Of a DNA stretch of 64,000 nt, positions 17,476-26,820 are shown piece after piece. Made by a program: the position numbers and the translations under genes. Origin of the DNA: an uncultured bacterium (GTDB taxonomy: Bacteria > Krumholzibacteriota > Krumholzibacteriia > Krumholzibacteriales > Krumholzibacteriaceae); assembly GCA_965371515.1 (NCBI GenBank), contig CBDUYR010000006.1, positions 13,977 to 77,976 of the forward strand, written 5' to 3'. Numbering within the stretch: position 1 is the first letter of the stretch; each line of letters begins with the position of its first letter. Under the pieces are notes generated by a model. That model saw only the letters and a list, made by a program, of their open reading frames with translations. It had not been told where the DNA came from and searched no databases.

Positions 17476-18510
17476 ATGAAGTCATCGTCGAGATGGATCG
17501 TGTTCCTGATTATCCTGATTCTTACAGCTGCCATCCTGCTGCCGGGATGCTCCCAGTTCAAGAGCTCCAAGCGGATGGACCTGACCCCTTTCGCCGAAAA
17601 CATGATAGCCATGGCCGGAGATATCCAATACGGCCTCGCACAGAAAGAGGTCATATATCTGCGCAACTACATGGACATTCCGGAAGTCAACAACCTCAAT
17701 ATCTATCTGGATAAGATGAGGACCGTGATGCGGGGCTCAATCGCCTATTCAATAGAAATCGTCACGCTTTCGAACTCTACCCTGTCAGGACCGGAGCAAT
17801 GTATTGCACTGGCCGATTATCTCGACAGCCTGCTGCGGCCTGTGCTCGAGGCTCCAGTTCCCCCCCTGCATATCACGATCGCCCAGCTTGATACGATCCT
17901 TTACAACGCGCGCCAGCAGACAAATATTCTCGACGCTCTGGGCACAACGCAGCCGATCGTCAACGAGATCGCGCGAACAACGAGCGAGATCATCGATGAT
18001 TCAAACCTTGCCGTAGATACCGCGGCCGATGCGATCAGGGAAGTATTACTCGGAAATAACAAGATGCTGCTGAAAGGCATCAGGACAATGCGCGAATTTC
18101 AGCTGAACACCGTGATAAGCATTGAGTATATCGCCAGATATCGCAGGGGCGAAAAGGCGGCGTTAGATACGCTTCTTGCCATGCAGCCATCGCTGAAAGA
18201 GATCATAAGCTCAACAACCAGGCCCACGTCCAAGGACATGCTCGCAATCGAGGACCGGCTCCTCTATCTGCTTAAAAACATGCACGACGTCAGGACACAG
18301 ATGATGCCGGACCTCGAGTTATACTGGAAGCAGCAGCGTGAACTAGACGAGCTGAACAAGATGTACAAGGGTGCTCTCCGCAAGGCGAATGTGACGATGA
18401 TCGCCTGGTCGAGGGCTCATCAGAGGCTCGCTGCCGGTATCACCGATCCGGCGAAGATCGACGTGCTTGGGCTGGCAAGGAAGGCAGCGGGAGCAGCGTC
18501 ACCGCTGTAG
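17476..18510 (+). CDS. Hypothetical alpha-helical lipoprotein
   Basis: Signal peptide with LPGC lipobox; long amphipathic helices. Confidence 0.7.
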   Translation: MKSSSRWIVFLIILILTAAILLPGCSQFKSSKRMDLTPFAENMIAMAGDIQYGLAQKEVIYLRNYMDIPEVNNLNIYLDKMRTVMRGSIAYSIEIVTLSNSTLSGPEQCIALADYLDSLLRPVLEAPVPPLHITIAQLDTILYNARQQTNILDALGTTQPIVNEIARTTSEIIDDSNLAVDTAADAIREVLLGNNKMLLKGIRTMREFQLNTVISIEYIARYRRGEKAALDTLLAMQPSLKEIISSTTRPTSKDMLAIEDRLLYLLKNMHDVRTQMMPDLELYWKQQRELDELNKMYKGALRKANVTMIAWSRAHQRLAAGITDPAKIDVLGLARKAAGAASPL

Positions 18511-18528
18511 GCATCCGCTGGGACCGGA

Positions 18529-19506
18529 TCAGAAAAAGTAGTCCATCGCGATCGTAGCGGTGAAAAATTTCGCGGGGGTATCGAGTCCCTTTATCGGCAC
18601 CCTCTGGAATTCAAGGTCAACTCCGATACTGAAATCTGGCCTGCCCACATAAGAGAAACCAACCAGGACCGCTTGGATGTTATCAGCGATCTCGTCCCCC
18701 CCTCCCGGAATAGTCGAGTACTTGTAACCCAGGGCAAGGCCGAGAGGAGTACCTGTTTTCGGTGTCAGGTCGAGGCTTACCAGGCCACCGAGACCGTAGT
18801 ACCATTCATTTCCAAGGAGCCTGTCAATAGCCTCGCTGTATGATAGCTGCCCGAGGGCCTGAAGTGCCGTATATTCGTTTACGGCATATACATAACGGAC
18901 ATCTCCTACAGTCCCCAGTGTCGGCGCTTTTCTGATAAGCCTGACTTCCTCGCCTTCGATGACACCATTTGCCCAGCCGAGGATATCTACAAGGGTTGTG
19001 CTGCCGCTTCTTACCGATATCCCCGTTGACAGGAGGTGCCTTTCGTTTTCATACAGACGGACGAGCCATCCGAGCTCGAAACCGGTTGCTGCGCTTATTC
19101 CCTGTGCCAGCATCGACTGCAGCTCGTTTCCAAGCCGGGCCGTGATTTTCAGCTGCGCCCAGACGGCCACCCAATCCCTGACGGCGTACATGTATTCAAA
19201 TCCGAGGATCGCATAGAGCAGATCCCCCTCCAGGCCCAGGATAGGTTCGCCTTCTATCTCGAGAAGAGGAGTTACTATATTCGTGGACTTTCCATATCCG
19301 AGCGCTATGCTTGCCTCAGTATTGATGAAGGGAGCGGGCAGAAATGTCGTCGACACTACCCTCGTTTTCCCGACCCTGGGAGCGGTGATATTATTCAGAA
19401 TGACACCACCCGGTTCATCGTGGCCGGCTGCCCCGACAGGGCAGGTACAGATCAGAATCACCGGTATGAGCAGGATGGATATGGTGATTGTCATCCGCAC
19501 TTTCAA
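18529..19506 (-). CDS. Secreted protein, probable outer-membrane beta-barrel
   Basis: Signal peptide, amphipathic strands, C-terminal MDYFF. Confidence 0.6.
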   Translation of the reverse strand: MKVRMTITISILLIPVILICTCPVGAAGHDEPGGVILNNITAPRVGKTRVVSTTFLPAPFINTEASIALGYGKSTNIVTPLLEIEGEPILGLEGDLLYAILGFEYMYAVRDWVAVWAQLKITARLGNELQSMLAQGISAATGFELGWLVRLYENERHLLSTGISVRSGSTTLVDILGWANGVIEGEEVRLIRKAPTLGTVGDVRYVYAVNEYTALQALGQLSYSEAIDRLLGNEWYYGLGGLVSLDLTPKTGTPLGLALGYKYSTIPGGGDEIADNIQAVLVGFSYVGRPDFSIGVDLEFQRVPIKGLDTPAKFFTATIAMDYFF

Positions 19507-19514
19507 GAGTTCTC

Positions 19515-20168
19515 CTAGAGCTGAAACAGGAATCCGACATATAACAGCAGTCCGCTGTTCTTGATACGGAGACCGTAGAGCTCAGCTTCCGGATCGTTGT
19601 CCGAGACCACGTTCAGGATGCTCTGCGTGTATCTGCCCTCGATAAAAAACTCATACCGTCCGACCGGGATGATCCTGCCGACCCCGAAATGAATAGCGAG
19701 GTCGAACTTCTCCATGTCGTCCTTTATATCACAATCTTCTGTCGATGTAACGTATTGTGCGTTGACGAGCCATGCGAATTCAAGCCCGCTCGAGACGAAC
19801 CAGCGCTCGCCGCCCGTAAAGATCTTCACCATTACAGGTATGGAAAAATAACCGGTATTCACCGAAACGCTGTCGACCCTCGCCTTCTGCCCCGCCACCT
19901 CGTAGGCTATCCCCGTCCCCTTCTGGATGAAAGAAGGCTGTATGCTGAGCCTTACACCCTTATAGACGTCCAGTTCGAAAACGCCGCCGAATGACGCCCG
20001 GTTCTGCGTCGAGTACGCAGCCTTGGGGGGCTTGTCGCCGGAATAGCCGTACCGCGCCAGCCCGCCCGTGACGCCGAGCCGCACCTCGGACGAAGCATCA
20101 GAGGGCCATACCGATACGAGCAGCGCCGCAATCAGCGGCAGTATTGATAAACAGGCTTTATTCCGCAG
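19515..20168 (-). CDS. Porin-family (PorT-like) outer-membrane beta-barrel; start uncertain
   Basis: LSIQPSFIQKG, YFSIPVMVK, FIEGRY. A signal peptide (KACLSILPLIAALLVSVWPSDASS) lies in frame upstream of GTG 20084. Confidence 0.75.
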   Translation of the reverse strand: MRNKACLSILPLIAALLVSVWPSDASSEVRLGVTGGLARYGYSGDKPPKAAYSTQNRASFGGVFELDVYKGVRLSIQPSFIQKGTGIAYEVAGQKARVDSVSVNTGYFSIPVMVKIFTGGERWFVSSGLEFAWLVNAQYVTSTEDCDIKDDMEKFDLAIHFGVGRIIPVGRYEFFIEGRYTQSILNVVSDNDPEAELYGLRIKNSGLLLYVGFLFQL

Positions 20169-20844
20169 TTTCGGGATCGGTCCAGTCCTTTCTGTTATGC
20201 AGCCAGCCCAGTATACGTGAGATCAGCAGTCCGCTCAACCAGGCAAGCGCCCACGCCGTGGAACTCACCCATACGAACGGGATCGTAATAAGGGCCGTGA
20301 CGGGCTCGTTTAGAAACTCGATGCGCAACTCGGCCGCTTCCTTATCCGTGATGCTGTCCGACAGGAGCTTGCGGTCCTTCAAAGCATACGACCAGGCCGC
20401 CACACCGAGGAACCCGACGAGAGCAAGGGTTATGCTCTGCAGCAGCAGGGGCAGGAGCTCGCCCTTGAAGACTAATTCCATTCTGACGAAGTAGAGAAAG
20501 ATCAATAACATGAACAGCTGCAGGAAGGACAGGGAGGCATGCATGCCGTCGGTGTGATCGAGGTTCCCGAAGGCCTTGATCGTGTTGCTCCAGTAGATCA
20601 GCACGAGAAGCACTCCGATGAAGATGATCTCGATACCGTCGAGGTTCTCCGAGAAGAATCTCGTAATGGAGATCCCCTCGCCCGATCCTATTTTGCCGAG
20701 ACTCGGCAGGATCATGAAGATACGAAAGAGGACCAGGGCAAAGAGCACGTCTGTCAGTGTCTCGAGTCTTCTGAGCTGCCTGTTATCGCGTTCGATGACG
20801 GCCTTCGTCCTAGGCCCTGTTTTTCGCTTCAGAAAACCCATCAA
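20158..20844 (-). CDS. TMEM175-family (DUF1211) potassium channel
   Basis: TM1 RRLETLTDVLFA resembles the RLxxFSD motif; IYW in TM2; about 6 TM. Confidence 0.8.
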   Translation of the reverse strand: MMGFLKRKTGPRTKAVIERDNRQLRRLETLTDVLFALVLFRIFMILPSLGKIGSGEGISITRFFSENLDGIEIIFIGVLLVLIYWSNTIKAFGNLDHTDGMHASLSFLQLFMLLIFLYFVRMELVFKGELLPLLLQSITLALVGFLGVAAWSYALKDRKLLSDSITDKEAAELRIEFLNEPVTALITIPFVWVSSTAWALAWLSGLLISRILGWLHNRKDWTDPETAE

Positions 20845-21524
20845 CCCTCCTGTCTGTTGCTGAGGAATTTACCCACAAGCATAGCGATAATTACAGTGAG
20901 GTATATCTGGCCCGTGACGCTGGCCATAACGGCGATCGACCTCGAAAAGGGGAGCAGAGGAACAATGTCCCCGTATCCAAGGGTAGTGTAAGTGGTAAAT
21001 CCATAGTATATGAATTCACTCAGCTGCCATCCCTGCACACCGGCCTCACGTACAACACCGCCGAAGGAATAGGCAGCGGAAACATTTCGCGCCAGGACCA
21101 TGATAATCAATGAGAATACGATTCCCATCAGCAGGTAGCCCGTGATCGATTCGACGATGACCCTCGCCGTTACTTTCTTTGTAATCGCGACCTGGATTAT
21201 CAGGCCGATCACGATGCGTATGAAAAAGAGAAACAGTACGGTCTGGGACAGGCTGAGAATAACAGGCAGATCGAGGAAATAGGCGATCCACTCGAACCCG
21301 ATAGCCAGGATGGCGATGATAAACATCTTCTTTCTCGCTCGATCCATCGAGACCGCGGCGAATACCAGGATTACTGTCAGCATGGTATTATACACGACCT
21401 TGTGAGTGCCCGGGGGGAGCGCGGGCACTATGAACAGGAAGGCCAGGACGAGTGCCAGCAGGATCGTGCTGTATTTCGATCTTTTCGACTGCTCTGCAGC
21501 AGTGACCTTTTCAACCATTTCCAT
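20841..21524 (-). CDS. Potassium channel family protein (Ion_trans_2 pore)
   Basis: Selectivity filter YYGFTTYTTLGYGDIVP and GQIYLTVIIAMLVG. Confidence 0.92.
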   Translation of the reverse strand: MEMVEKVTAAEQSKRSKYSTILLALVLAFLFIVPALPPGTHKVVYNTMLTVILVFAAVSMDRARKKMFIIAILAIGFEWIAYFLDLPVILSLSQTVLFLFFIRIVIGLIIQVAITKKVTARVIVESITGYLLMGIVFSLIIMVLARNVSAAYSFGGVVREAGVQGWQLSEFIYYGFTTYTTLGYGDIVPLLPFSRSIAVMASVTGQIYLTVIIAMLVGKFLSNRQEG

Positions 21525-22455
21525 TCTTCTCCTGTGGGGATTCCGGAACCCTTTCGCTGTCTCCGGTAAAGAGCGTATCAGCGATTATCTCCGGGTGCAA
21601 TCCCGTTAATTCCCTGTCTATCCTCTGCCTTATGCCGTCGAAATCCGCCATTGATGATATCGGGGCGCCGTCCGGCAGAAGAACGTTGACACTTACGAAT
21701 ATGTGCCTGCCGACCTTGACCATTCGGACGGAATGTCTCTCCATCGGAAACCCCGACAGCACAGCGGAGACCTTCTCTTTGATCCCGGCCTGCATATCCC
21801 CGGGAGGGGCACCGAGAAGAAGGTCGCCTATCCCCTCCCTCAACGCCGACAGTGGAAGTCTTATCATCACAAGTATCAGGACGATCACCATGACCGGATC
21901 GACGTAGGGTACTATCCATGAGTATTCCGTACGGGAGAGGAGATACGCACCCCCGAATCCTACGGCTACCGCCGAACTTATAAAACCGCTTATCTTCCAT
22001 GTAGCGATATCCAGGGCGAGAAGAGGTGAATCCACCTTCCGCGCGTACTGCTTCTGGATGAAAAAAACGATAATGCACCCGCTTGTAGCGATCACGCTGT
22101 AGATCACAGCGACTCCGGGGCTGAGCTCCCTCCCGCCGTCGATCAGGGCGTCTATCGATGAAACGAGCGCGAATCCGCAGACCACGAGGATTATCAGGCC
22201 CTTGACCACGTTCACGAAGGGCTCGAACGGCATGAATCCGTACTGGAAATGCCTGTCGTAAGGGATGCGGAGAAGATTCGAGACATGAAGGGTGACGAGG
22301 CTCATCACGAACGAGACGAAATTAAAGAAGCCGTCGAGCATGATCGCTTCCGACTGGCTCTTCAGGGCGAACACCACGGCGAGGACTCCGAGCAGAGAAT
22401 ACCCGAATATCGATATCCGGAGCACTTTTCTCTCCAGGGCCTCTTCTTCCGCCAT
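21511..22455 (-). CDS. Cation diffusion facilitator (CDF) family transporter
   Basis: SEAIMLDGFF, FQYGFMPFEP, SPLLALD, YVDP, cytosolic tail RMVKVGR. Confidence 0.88.
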   Translation of the reverse strand: MAEEEALERKVLRISIFGYSLLGVLAVVFALKSQSEAIMLDGFFNFVSFVMSLVTLHVSNLLRIPYDRHFQYGFMPFEPFVNVVKGLIILVVCGFALVSSIDALIDGGRELSPGVAVIYSVIATSGCIIVFFIQKQYARKVDSPLLALDIATWKISGFISSAVAVGFGGAYLLSRTEYSWIVPYVDPVMVIVLILVMIRLPLSALREGIGDLLLGAPPGDMQAGIKEKVSAVLSGFPMERHSVRMVKVGRHIFVSVNVLLPDGAPISSMADFDGIRQRIDRELTGLHPEIIADTLFTGDSERVPESPQEKNGNG

Positions 22456-22459
22456 ACTG

Positions 22460-24613
22460 TCAGTCCACCCATCCGAGCACGTCACGGATCACGCACCACC
22501 TCTTGCCGCCGGCCTTCACTTTCTTTCCCGCAATCCAGTAATCAAAAAGGCTCGCAACGGTCCTGTCATTCTTCTTCAGCGCTATCCACGTATTGAGGAA
22601 CTCCGCCGTATCCCTGTCACCGAATGCCACGGCAAACGACATAGGCACCGATCTGACCATGGGGAAAGGTACAGCGACTGTATACTCGGGGTAGATCAGG
22701 CACCACGAGGATCCCATCTCGGCGCTCATCACCAGAGCATCGAGATCACCCTTCTCGCCACGGAAGAACTCCCTTGGTGATTCTAGGGTGACTATCTCCG
22801 CGTCGGGGAGGTATTCCTGGAGCTTCTTGAAATAGTATTTGTTGTCCTTGAGCCCTATCCTCAGCCCCTTCTGCTTCTGAAGGGCCTTGTCAGTATTGAA
22901 ATCATCGCGCCTGTGATCCCTGACTATGAACGCAACGGTCACTTCTATATAAGGATCGGTGAACGTCACCTTCTTCATGTCCGTCGTAGTTATCACAAGT
23001 CCGCCTATCATCAGGTCTATGGCGCCGTTATTGAGGAGATCGGGCGCGTTTTCATATTCTGTAAGGACAAACTCGATCTCCAGACCCAGCTCACCGGCAA
23101 ACTTGTGCATCAATTCCACGTCTAATCCCACCAGCTCAGCATTGTCGTTCTGAAAGGCCCAGGGGAGTGCGTCCCTCGTGTATCCGACGCGGATGATCCC
23201 TGTTTCCTGGATCCGAGCCAGAGCGGATCCCGGCCTGCCGGCCGGGATGGCTGCCTCTTCGGAATCGATGACCCTGTGCTCGACCGTCTCGAAGAGATTT
23301 GATCTTCCGATGAACAGCTCGTACTGATCGACTTTCGAGCCGATGCTCGTGAATGCAAGACGGATTCCCACGAAAGTGCCGATCACGATAAGCACGGTGA
23401 CTATCAAATACCTCCCCACCTTGACGGGGCGGACCCTGATCAGCCCGCCTACAGCGGCGGAGCCGAGAACAGCGAGCGTCCCGACATGGATCACGGCGAC
23501 CATCACACCGAACCGGCCGAAGATATTATCGATGACGATGAAAAGCTGGAACGCATCGGCCGGGATCCTGAACAGGTCCAGCATAAAGGGAACGGATACA
23601 TAAGTGCTGCCGAACCATGTAAAGAAACCCGTAATGGCAAACATCGGATACCTGGCGATCGATAAGGGGAATCCTGTCATCCAGCCTGCAAAGAGGATGA
23701 AAGCGAGGGCGAGAAGCTTTCCCGCGGTTGGAAATGAATACGATGTAGGGGTGATGATATCCACCATCCCGGCGCTCTCTTCCGACGATCCCTCGATGTT
23801 CTGCACGAGATCCCGGCTTCTCCTGGACAGCAGCGGAAGCACAACGAAGAGGTTGCCTGTAGCGAATCCCGTCACCAGGGCGTCCCGCATGCTCATAATA
23901 ACATCCCTGTACCGGATCGGGGTGAGCGCAGCGATCAGGCCCGGCATGACCCAGAAGGTGATGATCACGGCTGCCGCAAGGTAGGTAACGACATATACCT
24001 GCAGTCCCTGGAGGCTTGAAAACTCGATCGTGCCGGCAGCCTTTGCCATGAGGGCGAATACACCGTAAGGCGCAAGACTGACAACGAATGTCGCGACCCT
24101 GCCGAGGGCATCCCCGGCAGTATCAAAAACATCGAGAAGGCCCTGCTTCTTCTTTATCCCGATAAGCGCGATCCCGAAAGCGACGCTGAAAAGGACTACG
24201 CCGGGAACAACGTTCTCCGCCAACGCTCCGAATGGATTTGCCGGGATGAACATCGAGACAAAATCGAATTCTTCCGCGGATTCGACGAGCGTCGAACTGA
24301 AATAAGAGGCGGACTCCCAGTCCGGGAAGGCGATGGGAAAGAGCATGACGACAGCCAGGGTGAGCACCCATATTATGAGCAGGATCGACCCTGCTTTCCT
24401 GGCCAGCAGCTTGGCCATATCGAAATCCAGGCTGCCAATGCCCCTCATTAGGGCGACAACGACGTACGGCAGGACCGTCATCTGCAGAAGGAGCAGAAAC
24501 GCCCGGCCGGCCATCCCCAGAAACGCGACCTTCTCACCGAAAAACAGGCCGGTCAGGATGCCGAGGACCAGCCCGATCAGGATCCTTGTCGAGAGGCTCA
24601 TTTTTTTCTTCAT
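22460..24613 (-). CDS. Cation:dicarboxylate symporter (SDF) family transporter fused to a family-3 substrate-binding domain
   Basis: AFLLLLQMTVLP, FIPANPFGAL; C-terminal ARIQETGIIRVGY...LVGLDVEL...VTFTDPY. Confidence 0.9.
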   Translation of the reverse strand: MKKKMSLSTRILIGLVLGILTGLFFGEKVAFLGMAGRAFLLLLQMTVLPYVVVALMRGIGSLDFDMAKLLARKAGSILLIIWVLTLAVVMLFPIAFPDWESASYFSSTLVESAEEFDFVSMFIPANPFGALAENVVPGVVLFSVAFGIALIGIKKKQGLLDVFDTAGDALGRVATFVVSLAPYGVFALMAKAAGTIEFSSLQGLQVYVVTYLAAAVIITFWVMPGLIAALTPIRYRDVIMSMRDALVTGFATGNLFVVLPLLSRRSRDLVQNIEGSSEESAGMVDIITPTSYSFPTAGKLLALAFILFAGWMTGFPLSIARYPMFAITGFFTWFGSTYVSVPFMLDLFRIPADAFQLFIVIDNIFGRFGVMVAVIHVGTLAVLGSAAVGGLIRVRPVKVGRYLIVTVLIVIGTFVGIRLAFTSIGSKVDQYELFIGRSNLFETVEHRVIDSEEAAIPAGRPGSALARIQETGIIRVGYTRDALPWAFQNDNAELVGLDVELMHKFAGELGLEIEFVLTEYENAPDLLNNGAIDLMIGGLVITTTDMKKVTFTDPYIEVTVAFIVRDHRRDDFNTDKALQKQKGLRIGLKDNKYYFKKLQEYLPDAEIVTLESPREFFRGEKGDLDALVMSAEMGSSWCLIYPEYTVAVPFPMVRSVPMSFAVAFGDRDTAEFLNTWIALKKNDRTVASLFDYWIAGKKVKAGGKRWCVIRDVLGWVD

Positions 24614-24877
24614 GAATCATTCCTTTGCAGAGAGTTCTTCATGAAGGTAAACGCAACCTCTGTTCGGTTCAATTCTTATTTATAGATGAACAGGATATAG
24701 CCTGTTCACTACATGCCAACCGGGATCTGGTATTGCACGTTGACTCTGATCGAATGTCCCGCGACAGGCCCGGGCCAGTCGTCGTACATTGCCAGCGCTT
24801 GTTTTTCAACGGTTAACGGGAGGCGTTCGTCAATCTGCGTATGATAATCGAGTAACTAAGCGACTCGACCATCCGGT

Positions 24878-25876
24878 CTATTCAAGTTCGAAAGGATAAA
24901 CCGTATTCCAGTCGTTTTTCATATCGACTACGGTCCACCCCTTCTCTCCCGCCTCATCTAGCGCCTTGTCGAGCCGGCCGATGTGTGATTCCCTGTCGTA
25001 GGCCCATTCTCTTTCGGCATCGGTATGATGCACGAGGACCATCAATCTCCTGCCGCCACCGGCACCGGTCCACTGGAGCATCTGCAGGTCGCCGTCCGAG
25101 TTCCCGAAGGCGGCGATCGGCCTGCGCCCGATGAACTTGTGGATTCCGACCGGCTTCTCATCCTTGTCGTCAATAAAATCGAGCTCGGGGAGCCGGGTGA
25201 GGACCGGAACGTCGCCGCGCATCTCGAACTTCGTCTTTATACTGCTCCCAATCACATTCTCGGGTGGGATACCGTATATCTCTTCGGTCCATGGCCGCAT
25301 GAACTCGATGCCGCCGCCGGAGACGATGAATACCCTGAAATCGCTGGCGCGAAGATATGACAGCAGTTCGAGCATAGGCTGAAAGACCAGGTCGGTATAT
25401 GGCCGGTCGAAACGGGGGTGCCTGGCGGCGGCGATCCACTTCTTTACTATCCGTTCGAATTCGGCTGTGGTATTCCCCGCATGAGTCGCCATGACAAGCT
25501 CTATCAATCCCTTTTCCCCGTACTCCGCCAGTTTGTCCATATCATCTTCGAGTACGGCCTTGAAGGGCTGCATCGTCTTCCATTCCGGATGCTGCGGGGC
25601 AAGGGCCCTGACACGGTCTATGACGAAGAAAAGCTGGAAATAAACGGGGCGCTCCGACCACAGGGTGCCATCGTTATCGAATACTGCAACGCGTTCGGCA
25701 GGCACCACATAGTCAGGCCCTGTCTCGTCTGTCACGGCATCCACGAAATCGACTATCGCCTGTCTGGACTCCCCGTCGTTCCACGAGGGCAGGGGATCGA
25801 CGGCCGAACATCCGGCTACGAACAAAATTGCCGGAAGAAGCAACATTCCCTTGAATCCCCTGATGCGGCTGGTCAT
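24878..25876 (-). CDS. HAD-family hydrolase lipoprotein (nonspecific acid phosphatase-like)
   Basis: FVAGC lipobox, LPSWNDG, FDNDGTLW, VSGGG, AFGNSDGD. Confidence 0.9.
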   Translation of the reverse strand: MTSRIRGFKGMLLLPAILFVAGCSAVDPLPSWNDGESRQAIVDFVDAVTDETGPDYVVPAERVAVFDNDGTLWSERPVYFQLFFVIDRVRALAPQHPEWKTMQPFKAVLEDDMDKLAEYGEKGLIELVMATHAGNTTAEFERIVKKWIAAARHPRFDRPYTDLVFQPMLELLSYLRASDFRVFIVSGGGIEFMRPWTEEIYGIPPENVIGSSIKTKFEMRGDVPVLTRLPELDFIDDKDEKPVGIHKFIGRRPIAAFGNSDGDLQMLQWTGAGGGRRLMVLVHHTDAEREWAYDRESHIGRLDKALDEAGEKGWTVVDMKNDWNTVYPFELE

Positions 25877-26051
25877 CGAAATCCTCCTTATATTGTCCGG
25901 GGCGAACATCAGAGATGACATCCGCCCCGACCATTCTATTTCATCATTGCCTCACGACAATGCTAATGAGCACCTGACCATACTGATTAATGAGATATCC
26001 TAGTATTCCAGCATTCTCTCTTTTCTTCCTCAATCAATCAATCGAAAATGG

Positions 26052-26816
26052 CTATCGTTCACTTTCCCCGTTGATGTCAATCAGGTAATCCAGGGTCTTC
26101 TCAGCCAGGATGAATCCCGAGAGTCTCGACATGCTTCCGTTTCGCAGCATGAATTTCCTCAGCGAGGAAACATCCATCTCCTGGGCCCGGGCGATCTGCT
26201 CGATCCGTTCATCCATCTCTCTGTCATCTGCCTCTATGCCGTCCCTGCTGGCGATCTCGCCCAGGATCATAAGCAGTTTTACCCGGTTTCTGGCGACGTC
26301 CCACTCTTCTCCTCCCGGCCCCGACCGATCGTCTCCTCCGAACAGGAGTTCCTCCCTGACCATCTCGTCCGGTATATCGATCACGGTCTCTTCGAGCAGA
26401 CGCATCGATATCTCGTCACGCATCCCTTCGTCAGAATCGGACGAAAGGCTCAGCGAATCGTACGCCGGAAGCTCGAACCCCGGCAGTTCGGTGAACTCGG
26501 CCGTAAAACTGAGCAGCCCGCCGTGTTCTATCGAGATATCGGTAATCGAGATCGGATCGGTGACCGGGACACCCCCCTCCTCCAGGGCCATCCTGCTCAA
26601 CCTGCGCACACACCTCACGCCAGTGTCGTCGAGAAGCGGACGCTCGTAGTGCTTCTCCACCATCGACCTGGGGGCTTTACCCGGCCTGAATCCCGGGACG
26701 GGAAGTCCTGAGTATCCGGAGAGCAGATCGTCGTAATCCTTCTGCACATTCTCCCACCCAACCTCGATCCGGGCCTCTTTCCTGTGGTCCCCGATATCAC
26801 TGATAGTCACCTTCAT
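26052..26816 (-). CDS. Short trigger-factor-like protein without an FKBP domain
   Basis: Ribosome-binding signature VPGFRPGKAP. C-domain-like IPDEMV...ARNRVKLLMILGEIA...EKTLDYL. Only 254 aa. Confidence 0.8.
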   Translation of the reverse strand: MKVTISDIGDHRKEARIEVGWENVQKDYDDLLSGYSGLPVPGFRPGKAPRSMVEKHYERPLLDDTGVRCVRRLSRMALEEGGVPVTDPISITDISIEHGGLLSFTAEFTELPGFELPAYDSLSLSSDSDEGMRDEISMRLLEETVIDIPDEMVREELLFGGDDRSGPGGEEWDVARNRVKLLMILGEIASRDGIEADDREMDERIEQIARAQEMDVSSLRKFMLRNGSMSRLSGFILAEKTLDYLIDINGESER

Positions 26817-26820
26817 CGGA

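Noticed and set aside
24614..24877. Possible c-di-AMP or other riboswitch upstream of the K+ transport genes
   Set aside because: No conserved aptamer motifs recognised by eye; an Rfam scan would be needed.
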